Origin: Candidatus Eiseniibacteriota bacterium
Lineage (GTDB): Bacteria > Eisenbacteria > RBG-16-71-46 > CAIMUX01 > VGJL01
Assembly (NCBI GenBank): GCA_963792585.1
Contig: CAWBWI010000003.1
Coordinates: 480,001-544,000 of the forward strand
Direction: 5' to 3'
DNA length: 64,000 nucleotides
The first letter of the stretch is position 1, and the number at the start of each line of letters is the position of its first letter. The notes below the pieces were generated by a model. That model worked only from the letters and a program-made list of their open reading frames with translations. It was not told the DNA's origin and did not search any database. Positions 21,307 to 32,231 of this stretch are shown here, piece by piece. The position numbers and the translations under genes were made by a program.

Positions 21307-22440
21307 TCACTCCCCTGTCCGTCTCGCGGTGCCGCTCGCGGGTGCCCTGGCTGGTGGGGCCGCAGGGTGGGGATAGGGCTCATCAGGCGGCGTTTCCGGA
21401 TTCCGCAGCCGGTGCCGGGGACGCAGGTCCATCTCTCTCGGCTCCGTGGATCCGCAGGAGTTCCGCACGACGAGGCGAGCCGGAAGCACCTCCTGCGTCT
21501 GCCGGGCCGGATGTCCCGGCTGGGTCGCCATCAGCCACTGACGAACGGCGTGCTCTCCCAGCTCATAAGCATCCACGCGGACGGTCGTGAGCGGCGGGTT
21601 CAGATATCGGGCGATCGCGATATCGTCGAATCCGGTCACGGCGATGTCCTGCGGCACGCGAAGTCCGGCCTCTCCCAGGGCGCTCATGAGACCCACGGCC
21701 ATGTAGTCGTTGGCCGCAAAGACGGCCGTCGGCCGGGGAAGGCACCGGAGGATCTGTTTGGCGCAGCGATAACCGGAGGACTCGGTGAAGTCCCCCTGAA
21801 GCTCGAGAACGGGTGACGTCTCCTTGCCCGCCTCCTGCAGGGCGGCCCGAAAGCCGCGCAATCTCTCCTCCGCGTCGATGTTCCCCGACGGACCCTTGAT
21901 GGTGGCGATCGACCGGTGGCCGATCTTGAGGAGGTGCCTGACCATGCCGTACGCGCCGTCGAAGTTCGCGATCGAGATCGTGCTGCAGGTGGCGACGTCG
22001 AACCGAGGGTTCAGTAGCACCACGGGGAAGTTCCCCGTCATCTGGCTGATGGCGGCCGCCGTTGCCTCGTCCGGAGCCATCACGATCAGTCCGTCGACCC
22101 GACCGCGGAGGGACCGGGCGACCAGGACCAGAGCGTTCGTGTCGGCATGGGAACTCGAGACCAGGATCTGAAAGTGCTCCTGACGGGCGGCGTGGTCGAT
22201 CCCGCGGATCACTTCGGAGAAGAACTCGCCATATAGATCCGGAAGGAGGACGCCCAAGGTGTGCGTTCGGCTGGTTGTGAGGCTTCGCGCCGCTTCATTG
22301 GGCCAGTAGTCGAGTCGCGAGGCCGCAGTCCGAACGCGCTCACAGGTTGCGTCGGTCACGCGCGTGCTTCCATTGAATACGCGCGAGACCGTTGCGATAG
22401 AGACACCTGCGGCCCGAGCAACGTCGCGGATCGTCGTCAC
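21307..22440 (-). CDS. LacI-family transcriptional regulator
   Basis: TIRDVARAAGVSIATVSRV HTH; FAAND, GFDD, PPLTTV sugar-binding motifs; GTG start with AGGAG RBS. Confidence 0.96.
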   Translation of the reverse strand: MTTIRDVARAAGVSIATVSRVFNGSTRVTDATCERVRTAASRLDYWPNEAARSLTTSRTHTLGVLLPDLYGEFFSEVIRGIDHAARQEHFQILVSSSHADTNALVLVARSLRGRVDGLIVMAPDEATAAAISQMTGNFPVVLLNPRFDVATCSTISIANFDGAYGMVRHLLKIGHRSIATIKGPSGNIDAEERLRGFRAALQEAGKETSPVLELQGDFTESSGYRCAKQILRCLPRPTAVFAANDYMAVGLMSALGEAGLRVPQDIAVTGFDDIAIARYLNPPLTTVRVDAYELGEHAVRQWLMATQPGHPARQTQEVLPARLVVRNSCGSTEPREMDLRPRHRLRNPETPPDEPYPHPAAPPARAPASGTARRTGE

Positions 22441-22508
22441 GAACGACTCCTACGAGAGGAAACCCAGTAGATCCCGACCTACGGTCCTGTGCCCCCCCCG
22501 GAAGCACG

Positions 22509-22522
22509 TGTAAACGGTTACA
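22509..22522. promoter_or_regulatory. LacI-type operator TGTAAACGGTTACA
   Basis: Near-perfect palindrome with central CG, ~70 bp upstream of the LacI gene; TTGACT (-35-like) on the minus strand at 22537-22542. Confidence 0.8.
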
Positions 22523-23010
22523 TGAATTCGCCGAAAAGTCAAGGCATCATTGCGATTCCGGGTGAGGATGATAACCATTTCTGATTCTTCTTATACGGCA
22601 TAGTACGCGCATTCCTGCACTGGGCATATCTATCTGAATATTATATAAGGGGTTATGCGAGAGCAGCTCCTGCCTCGATGTCCTTGACAGGGTGGTCTCG
22701 CGGTTGGAGTTCCGTCCACCCGTTTTCGCCCGCGACCCGCGACCCGCAGATCGATGAAGCGCAAGGAGGTTCATTCGCGATGACGCCCCGTGGGGACTGC
22801 GGCAAGGGCGATGCCGCGCGGACGGGATCCGCCACCCGAGACGCGGGAAGCGACGGAGCCGAGCGCTCCACGGTCGGGTCGTCGACCTCGATGCGGATAC
22901 CGCGCCGCCGGCGAATCCTCTAAGCAACGCGCCCGCGGTGATCGAGAGCCAGGCTCCCGATCGCCACGGCGCGAGAAGGCGGATCGGGCGCTTCGAGCCG
23001 TGGTCGGATT

Positions 23011-24588
23011 GTGATCCCATCGGCCAGCGTGTATGCTGCCGCGATGTCGATGAGAGACTCGATCGGCGATGTGGCGCTGTTTCACGAAACGGTCGGTCCG
23101 GAAGTGAATCGGACGCCTCTCACGGTGCGGAGCGCACCCCGCCCTCCCGCACGAACATCCATTCGATTCGTCTGCTCCGTCTTGTTCACTTTCCTTGTAC
23201 TTTCAGGTTGTCACGCACGCCCCGCACTGCCGCCCGCCCCGACGCAACTCACGCTTCGCGAAACGGCATTTCTCGACTCTCTGGAGCAGCGGACGTTCCA
23301 CTATTTCTGGGACCTGAGCGATTCGACGACCGGGTTGACGCCCGATCGGTGGCCGACCCGTTCCTTTGTCAGCGTCGGCGCGATCGGCTTCGCGCTGACG
23401 GCCTACCCGATCGGTGCGGAACGTGGGTATGTGACCCGCGAGGCGGCCGCCGCGCGCGTTCTCACCACGCTTCGTTTCCTCTGGACGGCGCCCCAGGACT
23501 CGTCCGTCGCCGGGAGCACCGGCTACCGCGGTTTCTACTACCACTTCCTCGAACCGGAGACCGGTCATCGATTTCGGGACGTCGAACTCTCGACGATGGA
23601 TACCGCCCTTCTCGTCGCGGGTGCGCTGTTCTGCCAGAGCTACTTCGATCGAACGAGCGCCCGGGAGGACAGCATTCGCGTCCTCGCGGGAGCGATCTAC
23701 GATCGCGTCGACTGGCGGTGGGCCCAGGTCCGGCCGCCGACCATCGCCCTCGCCTGGACGCCGGAGAGAGGATTCCCGCCATACGATTGGCGGGGCTACA
23801 ACGAGGCGCTGATCCTGCACCTCCTCGCGCTCGGTTCGACGACGCACCCCGTGTCCCGCGATGTCTGGCCGGCCTGGGTATCCGGTTACCGGTGGGGGAC
23901 CTTCGAGGGCCAAGAGCATCTCGGCTTCGCGCCCCTCTTCGGACATCAGTACACGCACGGGTGGATCGACTTCCGCGGGATCCAGGACGCGTACATGACG
24001 CAGCGGGGGATCGACTACTTCGAGAACTCGCGGCGGGCGACGTACGCGCAACAGGCATACGCGATCCGGAACCCACTTCGCCTTGCCGGCTACGGGGAAC
24101 TCTGCTGGGGGCTCACGGCCTGCGACGGCCCGGTGGACGGCTCGTATCCGATCAATGGCCGCTCCCGCGATTTCCACACGTACTGGGCGCGGGGAGCCTC
24201 GTTCACCGAGGTCAACGATGACGGTACGATCTCCCCATCCGCCGCCGGCGGGTCGATCGCCTTCGCTCCGGAGATCGTCATTCCCACCCTCATGTCCATG
24301 CGCGACACCTTCGGGGAGCGCCTCTTCTCGACCTACGGATTCGTCGATGCCTTCAACCCCACGCTGAAGCTACCGGTCGACGTTCAGCACGGCGTCGTCG
24401 ATCCGGTCCTCGGATGGTTCGACACGGACTACCTCGGGATCGACGAGGGACCGATCCTCATCATGATCGAGAACTTCCGAACCGGACTGGTATGGAACAC
24501 CATGCGCCGTAATCCCAACATCGTCCGGGGGCTTCGGGCCGCCGGCTTCCGCGGCGGGTGGCTCGACCAGCCGGTGGCGCCACGATGA
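23011..24588 (+). CDS. GH144 (glucoamylase-like, endo-beta-1,2-glucanase family) lipoprotein; true start probably GTG 23104 or 23125
   Basis: VLSG-C lipobox; GLTPDR, GFYYHFL, ELSTMDTALL, GYNEAL, PLFGHQY, YFENSRRAT, WGLTACDGP, YGFVDAFN, DYLGIDEGP. Confidence 0.9.
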   Translation: MIPSASVYAAAMSMRDSIGDVALFHETVGPEVNRTPLTVRSAPRPPARTSIRFVCSVLFTFLVLSGCHARPALPPAPTQLTLRETAFLDSLEQRTFHYFWDLSDSTTGLTPDRWPTRSFVSVGAIGFALTAYPIGAERGYVTREAAAARVLTTLRFLWTAPQDSSVAGSTGYRGFYYHFLEPETGHRFRDVELSTMDTALLVAGALFCQSYFDRTSAREDSIRVLAGAIYDRVDWRWAQVRPPTIALAWTPERGFPPYDWRGYNEALILHLLALGSTTHPVSRDVWPAWVSGYRWGTFEGQEHLGFAPLFGHQYTHGWIDFRGIQDAYMTQRGIDYFENSRRATYAQQAYAIRNPLRLAGYGELCWGLTACDGPVDGSYPINGRSRDFHTYWARGASFTEVNDDGTISPSAAGGSIAFAPEIVIPTLMSMRDTFGERLFSTYGFVDAFNPTLKLPVDVQHGVVDPVLGWFDTDYLGIDEGPILIMIENFRTGLVWNTMRRNPNIVRGLRAAGFRGGWLDQPVAPR

Positions 24589-25909
24589 AGGTGCAGGGAG
24601 GGCGCGCCGCGATCCTCTGCGCGGTGGCGCTCGCCCTTCTCGTCGGCGGACCGGCGGGCTGCAATGGACCGACGCGCGGCGCGCCGACCACCTTGCGGTT
24701 CTGGGCGATGGGGCGCGAGGGCGAAGTGGTCCAGGAGCTGCTCGCGGACTTCGAGCGCGAGAATCCGGACATTCGCGTGCGGGTCCAGCAAATCCCCTGG
24801 TCGGCCGCGCACGAGAAACTGCTGACCGCCTATGTCGGTCGCTCGACCCCCGATCTGGCCCAACTCGGCAACACGTGGATCTCGGAGTTCTCCGCCCTTC
24901 GCGCCCTGGAACCGCTCGACACCTGGGTCGCCTCGTCCCGGCCGATCGATCGAAACGACTTCTTCCCGGGCATCTGGGACACGAATGTCATCGACGGCGT
25001 CACCTATGGCGTGCCTTGGTACGTCGACACGCGCGTTCTCTTCTACCGCAAGGACGCCCTCGTGCGCGCGGGCTATGCGGAGATGCCGCAGAGATGGGAT
25101 GACTGGCGGACGGCGATGGAAAAGGTCAAGGCAGTCGTCGGTCCGGACCGATATGCGATCTTCCTTCCGCTCAACGAATGGAATCCCCTCGCCATACTGG
25201 GACTTCAGGCCGGTTCGCCTCTTCTTTCGGACGACGCGACGCGCGGCGCCTTCCGAACGGCCGCATTTCGCCGGGCGTTCGGTTTCTATCTGGATCTATT
25301 CGGAGACCGGCTCGCGCCGTCGGTGAGCAACAACGAGATCGCGAATGTCTATCAGGAATTCGGACGGGGTCTGTTCGCGATGTACATTACCGGTCCATGG
25401 AACGTCGGCGAGTTCGGCCGGCGGCTCCCCGCGGAACTCCAGGACGCCTGGGAGACGGCGCCCCTCCCGGGTCCCGAAGGAGCCGAGTCCGGGATCTCCC
25501 TCGCGGGCGGGTCGAGTCTCGTCGTCTTCCGCGGGTCGCGAACACAAGGAGGCGGCGTGGCGGGTCATCGCGTTCCTGTCCCGGCCGGAACAGCAGGTGA
25601 AGTTCAATCACCTGACGGGCGATCTACCCGCGCGCCGGGCGGCGTGGCAGGATGACGCGCTGGCCCGGGATCCGCACATACGGGCGTTTCGAACGCAGCT
25701 CGAGCGCGTCGTGTCGACCCCGAAGGTGCCGGAGTGGGAGTTGATCGCCACCCGGTTGCAGGAGCGCGCGGAGTCGGCGGTACGCGGGGCGGCGATTCCG
25801 GAGTCCGCGCTCGCCTCTCTCGATCGCGACGTCGACAGGATCCTCGAGAAACGCCGCTGGTTGATCGAACGTGAGAGGCGAAAGCTCCGACCCGGAGGCC
25901 GACCGGTGA
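24585..25909 (+). CDS. Sugar ABC transporter substrate-binding lipoprotein; frameshift near 25545 and probably near the 3' end
   Basis: PAG-C lipobox, LRFWAMGREGE, PWYVDTR.LFY.KD, GPW, SLAGGSSL; GTGA junction at 25906-25909. Confidence 0.85.
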
Positions 25910-26798
25910 GGAACTCGATCGAGAAGCGCGAGACGCGGGCGGCCTGGCTCTTCCTCGCCCCGGCGCTGATCCTCTTCGGCGTCTTCTTCCTCGTGCCGGT
26001 GCTCGTCGGTCTCTTCCTGAGTTTCACCGATTTCGACATCTACGCGATCGCCGCGCCGGCGACGGCCCGGTTCGTGGGTCTGCGCAACTATTTTCAGGTC
26101 CTGTCGAACCCCGTCTTCTGGACAGCGCTGAAGAACACCCTCTACTTCGTCGTCGTCGGCGGACCGCTGTCCGTCGTCGTCTCTCTCGGCGCAGCGCTGC
26201 TCGTCAACGCGCGCCTCGTCCGCTACAAGGCGGTCTTCCGAACAATCTTCTTCGCGCCGGTCGTGACGACCCTGGTGGCCGTGGCGATCGTCTGGCGCTA
26301 CCTCTACCACCCGCATTACGGCCTGCTGAATCAGGCTCTCGGCGTCGTCGGGATCGGGCCGATCGACTGGCTCGGCGATCCTCACTGGGCGATGCCGGCG
26401 ATCATCCTGCTCGCGGTGTGGAAGAACTTCGGCTACAACATGCTGATCTTCGTCGCGGGACTGCAGAGCATTCCCGAATGAGCACTACGAGGCGGCCGCG
26501 ATCGACGGGGCGGGCGCGTGGGGTCAGTTCCGCCACGTCACCCTGCCCGGACTCGGCCCGACGTTCCTCTTCGTCGGGGTGACGACGATGATCGGCTACT
26601 TCCAGCTCTTCGCCGAGCCGTACGTGATGACGCAGGGCGGCCCGCTCAGGAGCACGACGAGCATCGTCCTCCTGATGTACGAAGAGGGATTCCGGTGGTG
26701 GCGAATGGGGATGGCCTCGGCGATCGCCTTCCTCCTGCTCGGGATCACGCTCGTCGGGACGCTCGTGCAGATGCGGCTGCAGAGGGAGCGGTCGATGA
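25906..26798 (+). CDS. Carbohydrate ABC permease (MalF/UgpA-like); frameshift near 26478
   Basis: AWLFLAPAL, FVGLRNY, WKNFGYNM.IF.AGLQSIP, EAAAIDGA motif, YVMTQGGP. Confidence 0.9.
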
Positions 26799-27620
26799 GG
26801 CGCCGGCATACGCGTTCCGTCCTGCTGCACGCGGCGCTCGTCGGGGCGGCGTGATCACCCTCACGCCGTTCGTCTGGATGATCGCCGCGTCCTTCATGCG
26901 GCCGGGGGAGGCGAATGCCATCCCGCCGCACCTGCTGCCGCACAAGGCGACGCTCGAGCACTACGTCGCCCTCTTCACGCGCCTGGACCTTGCCCGGCAT
27001 TTCGTGAACAGCGCGGTCATCACGGTCACCGCGACGATTCTGTCGCTCCTGATCAACGCGATGGCCGGCTACGCGTTCGCGAAGCTGCGCTTCGGCGGGC
27101 GCGAGCGCATCTTCCGCTCCTTGATGCTGGCGCTCGTCATCCCCGCGCAGGTGGGCATGCTGCCGCTGTTCCTGCTCCTGCGCGAGATGGGCTTCGTCAA
27201 CACCTACGTGGGCGTGATGATCCCGTACCTGTCGAGCGTGCTCGGCATCTTCATGATCCGGCAGTACGTCCTCGGCGTTCCCGACGAGCTGCTGGACGCC
27301 GCGCGGGTCGACGGCGCCGGGGAGTTCCGGATCTTCTGGACGATCGTGGTGCCGGTCGTCGAAGCCGATCCTGGTCACGCTCGCGGCCTTCACGTTCCTG
27401 AGCGCCTGGAACGACTTCATGTGGCCGCTGATCGTGCTGAGCGACAATCGCGAAGTACACGCTGCCCGTCGCGCTCGCCAACCTGGTCGGCGAGCACGTG
27501 CAGGACACCGAGTTGATGATGGCGGGGTCGGTGCTGACGTTGCTGCCGGTCATGATCGTCTTCCTGTTCTTCCAGAGGGCCTACATCCGGGGGATCATGT
27601 CGGGGAGCGTCAAGGGCTGA
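26795..27620 (+). CDS. Carbohydrate ABC permease (MalG/UgpE-like); frameshifted
   Basis: PFVWMI, AGYAFAKLRF, ELLDAARVDGA EAA motif, WNDFMWPL, ends GIMSGSVKG*. Confidence 0.9.
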
Positions 27621-27627
27621 GGCGCGG

Positions 27628-30600
27628 ATGATCGAGCGTTGGGTCATCGGGTGTCTCCTGGCGCTGGCCGCCGTGGCCACACCGGTCTCGGCGACGATGA
27701 TCGATGACTTCGCCACCACGAACGGCTGGACGCCGAATCCGGCGGATGGCGTGGAGCTGGACATCCGCCCGGATTCCGGCGCGATGCGCCTCGACTTCCG
27801 CTTCACGAAGGGGAGCGGCTACGCGGTCGCCCACAAGGACCTCTCCCTCGACCTTTCCGACAACTATGCGTTCACCTTCAGGATCCGGGGCGAGAGCCCG
27901 CCGAACCATCTCGAGTTCAAGTTGATCGACGCGACCGGTGAGAATGTCTGGTGGTGCGTTCGTCGGGACGTCCAGTTTCCCAGCCGCTGGGAGACCTTCA
28001 AGATCAAGAAGCGACAGATCGGATTCGCGTGGGGTCCGCTGGGCGGTGGGGAGATCGCGCGACGTGGCGGCCATCGAATTCGCGATCACCGCCGGCGCGG
28101 GCGGGACGGGATCGGTCTGGATCGACGATCTGGAAGTGACGCCGCTGCCTCCCGCCGCGGCTGCGCCGCCCGCACCGACGGCGACGGCGACGTCCCACGC
28201 GGAGGGCGGGGATCCACGGTTCGCGGTGGACGGCGATTCGACGACGGCGTGGGTGAGCGCGGCGCGGGGATACCCTGCCCGCCCTCCGTCTGGACCTGGA
28301 GATCGAGCGGGAATACGGAGGACTGGTCGTGGATTGGGGGCGCGACCGGGGGGCCGGAGCCTATGTGGTGGAGGCGTCGGTCGACGGAGACGACTGGCGG
28401 ATCCTCCGTGAGGTACGCGACGGCAACGGTGGGCGCGACTACCACTTCCTGCCGGAGACCGAGTCCCGCCACCTACGAATCCGCGTTCTGAAGGAGGCGG
28501 GTTCCTCGGGGTGCGGTTGCGATCGACGGGGTGACCTTGGAGCCGCTGGCGTGGGGCGCAACGCAGGAGAGCTTCTTCGCCGCGATCGCCAAGGACGCGC
28601 CCCGCGGCTGCTACCCGCGGTCGATCGCGGGCGAGCGAATCGCCTGGACCGTTCTCGGGGACGATGCGGGCGGATCGCGAGGAAGGACTGCTGAGCGAAG
28701 ACGGGGCGCTCGAGACCGGGAAGGCGTCTTACTCGATCGAACCGTTCCTCTTCGCGGGCGGCCGCCTCATCACCTGGAATGACGTAGCCACCGTCCGCTC
28801 CCTTGCGGAGGGCGGGATGCCGATCCCCACGGTTGCGTGGATGCGGGAGGATGTCGAACTCCGGATCACTGCGTTCGCTGTCGACGGCGGCACCGCGCTT
28901 CACCTGATCGGGCGCGACGGGGACGGCACGACGAGCGGAGGCGTCCTCGTCGCCCGTTACTCCGTGCGCAATCCGCAGAGCACGCCGCTCAAGGCGACGC
29001 TCTATCTTGCCGTGCGGCCCTTCCAGGTGAATCCACCCACGCAGTTCCTCAACACCGCCGGGCGGCACGGCCGCCGTCCGGGATCTCGAACGGGTTGGAC
29101 CGGTGATCCGCGTCAACGGCGATCGCGGCCTCGTGAGCATGACGCCCATCGACGCTTTCGGCGCCTCGACCTTCGACGCGGGTGACGTCGTTACCGACTA
29201 CCTGCGCTCCGGGCGCCTGCCGGAGCGGGCGAGCGTGAGCGATCCGTTCGGACGGGCATCGGGCGCCCTCGCATACGAAATCGATCTGCCGCCGGGGGGA
29301 GAGCGGGAGATCGCCCTCATCGTCCCGCTGCACGAGCCGCCGCAAGCGCCGGCGATCTCAGGCTGGGATCATCTCGCCGGCCGCAAGCGGAGACGCGCTG
29401 CCGTGACCGTTGGCTCGCGCATCGACGGGGCATCGAGATCTCCGTGCCCGAATCCGCGCGGGATCTATTCGACACCATGTGGGCGCAACTCGCCTACATC
29501 CTCATCAACCGCGACGGCGCCGCCATCCAGCCCGGCTCGCGCTCCTACGAGCGCTCCTGGATCCGGGACGGCGCCCTGACGTCTTCGGCGCTCCTGCGCC
29601 TCGGGCACCCCGAGATCGTTCGGGCGTTCATCGAGTGGTTCGCGCCGAACCAGTACGCGAACGGCAAGATCCCGTGCGTCGTCGACACGCGGGGTCCGGA
29701 TCCGGTGCCCGAGCACGACAGCAGCGGCGAGTTCATCTACCTCGTCGCGGAGTACGACCGCTACGTTCACGATCGGCCGTTTCTGGAGAGCATGTGGCCC
29801 CGCGTGGATCGTGCGGCCGCCTATCTCGACTCGCTGCGCGGAACGCGCCGGACTCCGGAGTACCTCGGGCCGGACACGAAGCGCTTCTATGGACTGCTGC
29901 CCCCATCGATCAGCCACGAGGGGTACTCGGCCAAGCCGATGCACTCCTACTGGGACGATCTCTTCGCGCTGCGCGGGTTCAAGGACGCGGTCTACGTGGC
30001 GGGGACGCTCGGCCTGGAGCGCGATCGGGCGCGTCTGGAAGCGATTCGCGATGAGTTCGCGCGCGATCTCTCCGCGTCGATCGAGGCCGCCATCGCCTAC
30101 CACGGGATCGACTACATGCCGGGATGCGCCGATCTCGGGGACTTCGATGCGACCTCGACGACGATCGCGCTCGATCCGGTCGGCGCGCAGGGGGTCGTTC
30201 CCGGCGCGGCGCTGCGGCGGACGTTCGAGCGCTACTGGGAGTTCTTCACCGGCAGGCGCGACGGGCCCCAGACTTGGGAGGCGTTCACGCCGTACGAGAT
30301 CCGCAACGTCGGCGCCTTCGTGGAACTGGGATGGCGCGACCGGGCGCAGGATCTCCTGCGTTTCTTCCTCGATCACCGGGATCCCCCCGCCTGGAAGCAG
30401 TGGGCGGAGGTAGTCTGGCGGGAACCGCGGCTGCCGCGTTTCATCGGCGATCTTCCCCACACATGGGTGGGATCCGACTATGTCCGGTCAGTATTGGACA
30501 TGCTGGCGTACGAGCGGGACGCGGACGGCGCCCTCGTTCTCGGGGCGGGGATTCCGTATGCCTGGCTGAGCGAGGGCGACGGCGTTCGTCTGCGCAATCT

Positions 30601-30826
30601 GCCGACGCCTCACGGTGCCTTGTCCTACGCGCTCCGCGCCGAAAACGGCGCGACGGTCCTCCGCGTGGAGGATGGACTGACAATCCCGCGCGGGGGCGTC
30701 GTCCTCCAACTGCCGACTTCCGGCCCGATCACGCAAGCCACCGTCAACGGAGGCGCGGTCCCGATCGGACCGTCGGGTGAGGTGGTGTTGCGGAATCTGC
30801 CCGCCGACGTCGTACTTCGTCCGTGA
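27628..30826 (+). CDS. Large secreted CBM-like + discoidin (F5/8C) + (alpha/alpha)6 glycosidase-like protein; frameshifted
   Basis: Signal peptide; LEFKLID..GENVWW...VWIDDL beta-sandwich; FAVDGDSTTAW discoidin; QPGSRSYERSWIRDG, EHDSSGE, SISHEGY...HSYWDD, QWAEV...GDLPHTW barrel. Confidence 0.8.
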
Positions 30827-30839
30827 ACTTGCGGGATGG

Positions 30840-32231
30840 CTAAGAGAGCCGGGGGGATGCCGGGTCGTTCAAGGCCGTCCCGTGCGTCCGAATGACATCC
30901 CTGTAGAAGAGGGCGCTCGCCTTGAGCGTTCGGGCCTGTGTCTCCGGGTCGACCGCCACGATGCCGAAGTGCTTCGAATACCCGCTGCTCCACTCGTAGT
31001 TGTCGAGCAGGGACCAGACGAAGTAGCCCCGCAGGTCGACACCGTCCCGCATCGCCGCATAGGCTTCCCGGATGTGATGGCGGAGGTAATCGATTCGCAG
31101 GGGATCGACAATCGGGCCCCCGGTTGCAGGCGGAGGATCCGCGAATGCGGCGCCGTTCTCCGTAATGTACAAGGGTATCGGGCCGTACCGTTCCCGGATC
31201 CAGCGGAGGGTGCGTCCGAGACTTTCGGGGTGGACTTCCCATCCGGTCTCCATGTAGCGCCGGTCCTCCGGAAAGATCTTCGCCGCGCGCGGCGGCGGTC
31301 CGGCGGGATCGTTCTGCATGATTCCGCGCGTATAGTAATTGACGCCGAGAAAGTCGATTGGCTCGCGAATTTTCCGGAGGTCCTCCTGCGAGAAATCAGG
31401 CCAGGCCTCTCCGTAGATCTCGGGCATTCTCTCGGGGTATCGGCCCAGGAATACGGGATCGAGGTACTGGCGGTTCATGTACTGGTCCGCCCGCTCGCAG
31501 GCGTCGATATCCTCGGGCGCATCGGACGCAGGGAGCTTCGGTTCGATGTTGACGACCAGACCGACCCGGACATCGGCCACGCTCCGGCATGCGCGCACCG
31601 CGGCGGCGTGGGCGAGGAGCAGATGGTGGGTCGCGTGCGGGGCCTCGAAGACATTCGCGCGTCCCGGCGCGTGGACGCCGTGAAGGTAGCCCGCATCGAC
31701 CACGACCCACGGCTCGTTCAGCGTCGTCCAGAGCAAGACGCGGTCGCCGAGCGCCCGGACGGCGATCCGCGCATACTCCGCGAACCAATCCGCGATCGCC
31801 GGATTCAGCCAGCCGCCTGCATCGTCGATGGCCGCGGGCAGATCCCAGTGATAGAGGGTCGGCACCGGCTGGATCCCGTTCGCCAGAAGCAGATCGACCA
31901 GCCGGGCGTAGAAATCGAGTCCTTTGGAATTCACGGCGCCCCGTCCCTCGGGCAGGATCCGTCCCCACGCGAGACTGAAGCGATAGGCGTTCAAGCCGAG
32001 CTCGTGCATGAGGGCGACGTCTTCGGGATAACGATGGTAATGGTCGCAGGCGACATCTCCGGTCGCGTCGTCCTCGATGCGGCCGGGTGTGTGCGAGAAA
32101 CGATGCCAGATGCTCGGTCCCGCACCGTCGGCGAGCGGCGATCCCTCGATCTGATAGGCTGAGGTCGCCGCGCCCCAAAGAAAGTCGTCCGGGAAGCGAA
32201 TCGCGCGAGATTGCATCGGAGAATCGCTCAT
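30840..32231 (-). CDS. GH1 beta-glucosidase
   Basis: FLWGAATSAYQIEG, TLYHWDLP, TLNEP (acid/base), ITENG (nucleophile), WSLLDNYEW. Confidence 0.96.
   Translation of the reverse strand: MSDSPMQSRAIRFPDDFLWGAATSAYQIEGSPLADGAGPSIWHRFSHTPGRIEDDATGDVACDHYHRYPEDVALMHELGLNAYRFSLAWGRILPEGRGAVNSKGLDFYARLVDLLLANGIQPVPTLYHWDLPAAIDDAGGWLNPAIADWFAEYARIAVRALGDRVLLWTTLNEPWVVVDAGYLHGVHAPGRANVFEAPHATHHLLLAHAAAVRACRSVADVRVGLVVNIEPKLPASDAPEDIDACERADQYMNRQYLDPVFLGRYPERMPEIYGEAWPDFSQEDLRKIREPIDFLGVNYYTRGIMQNDPAGPPPRAAKIFPEDRRYMETGWEVHPESLGRTLRWIRERYGPIPLYITENGAAFADPPPATGGPIVDPLRIDYLRHHIREAYAAMRDGVDLRGYFVWSLLDNYEWSSGYSKHFGIVAVDPETQARTLKASALFYRDVIRTHGTALNDPASPRLS

Noticed and set aside
26479..26481. TGA inside the permease as selenocysteine or readthrough
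   Set aside because: The protein continues in another frame (IP-D/E-EHYEAAAIDGA), so this is a one-base insertion
25345..26854. Apparent in-frame fusions of binding protein to permease and permease to permease
   Set aside because: GTGA (25906) and ATGA (26795) junctions mark normal coupled genes; the fusions are best explained by nearby indels
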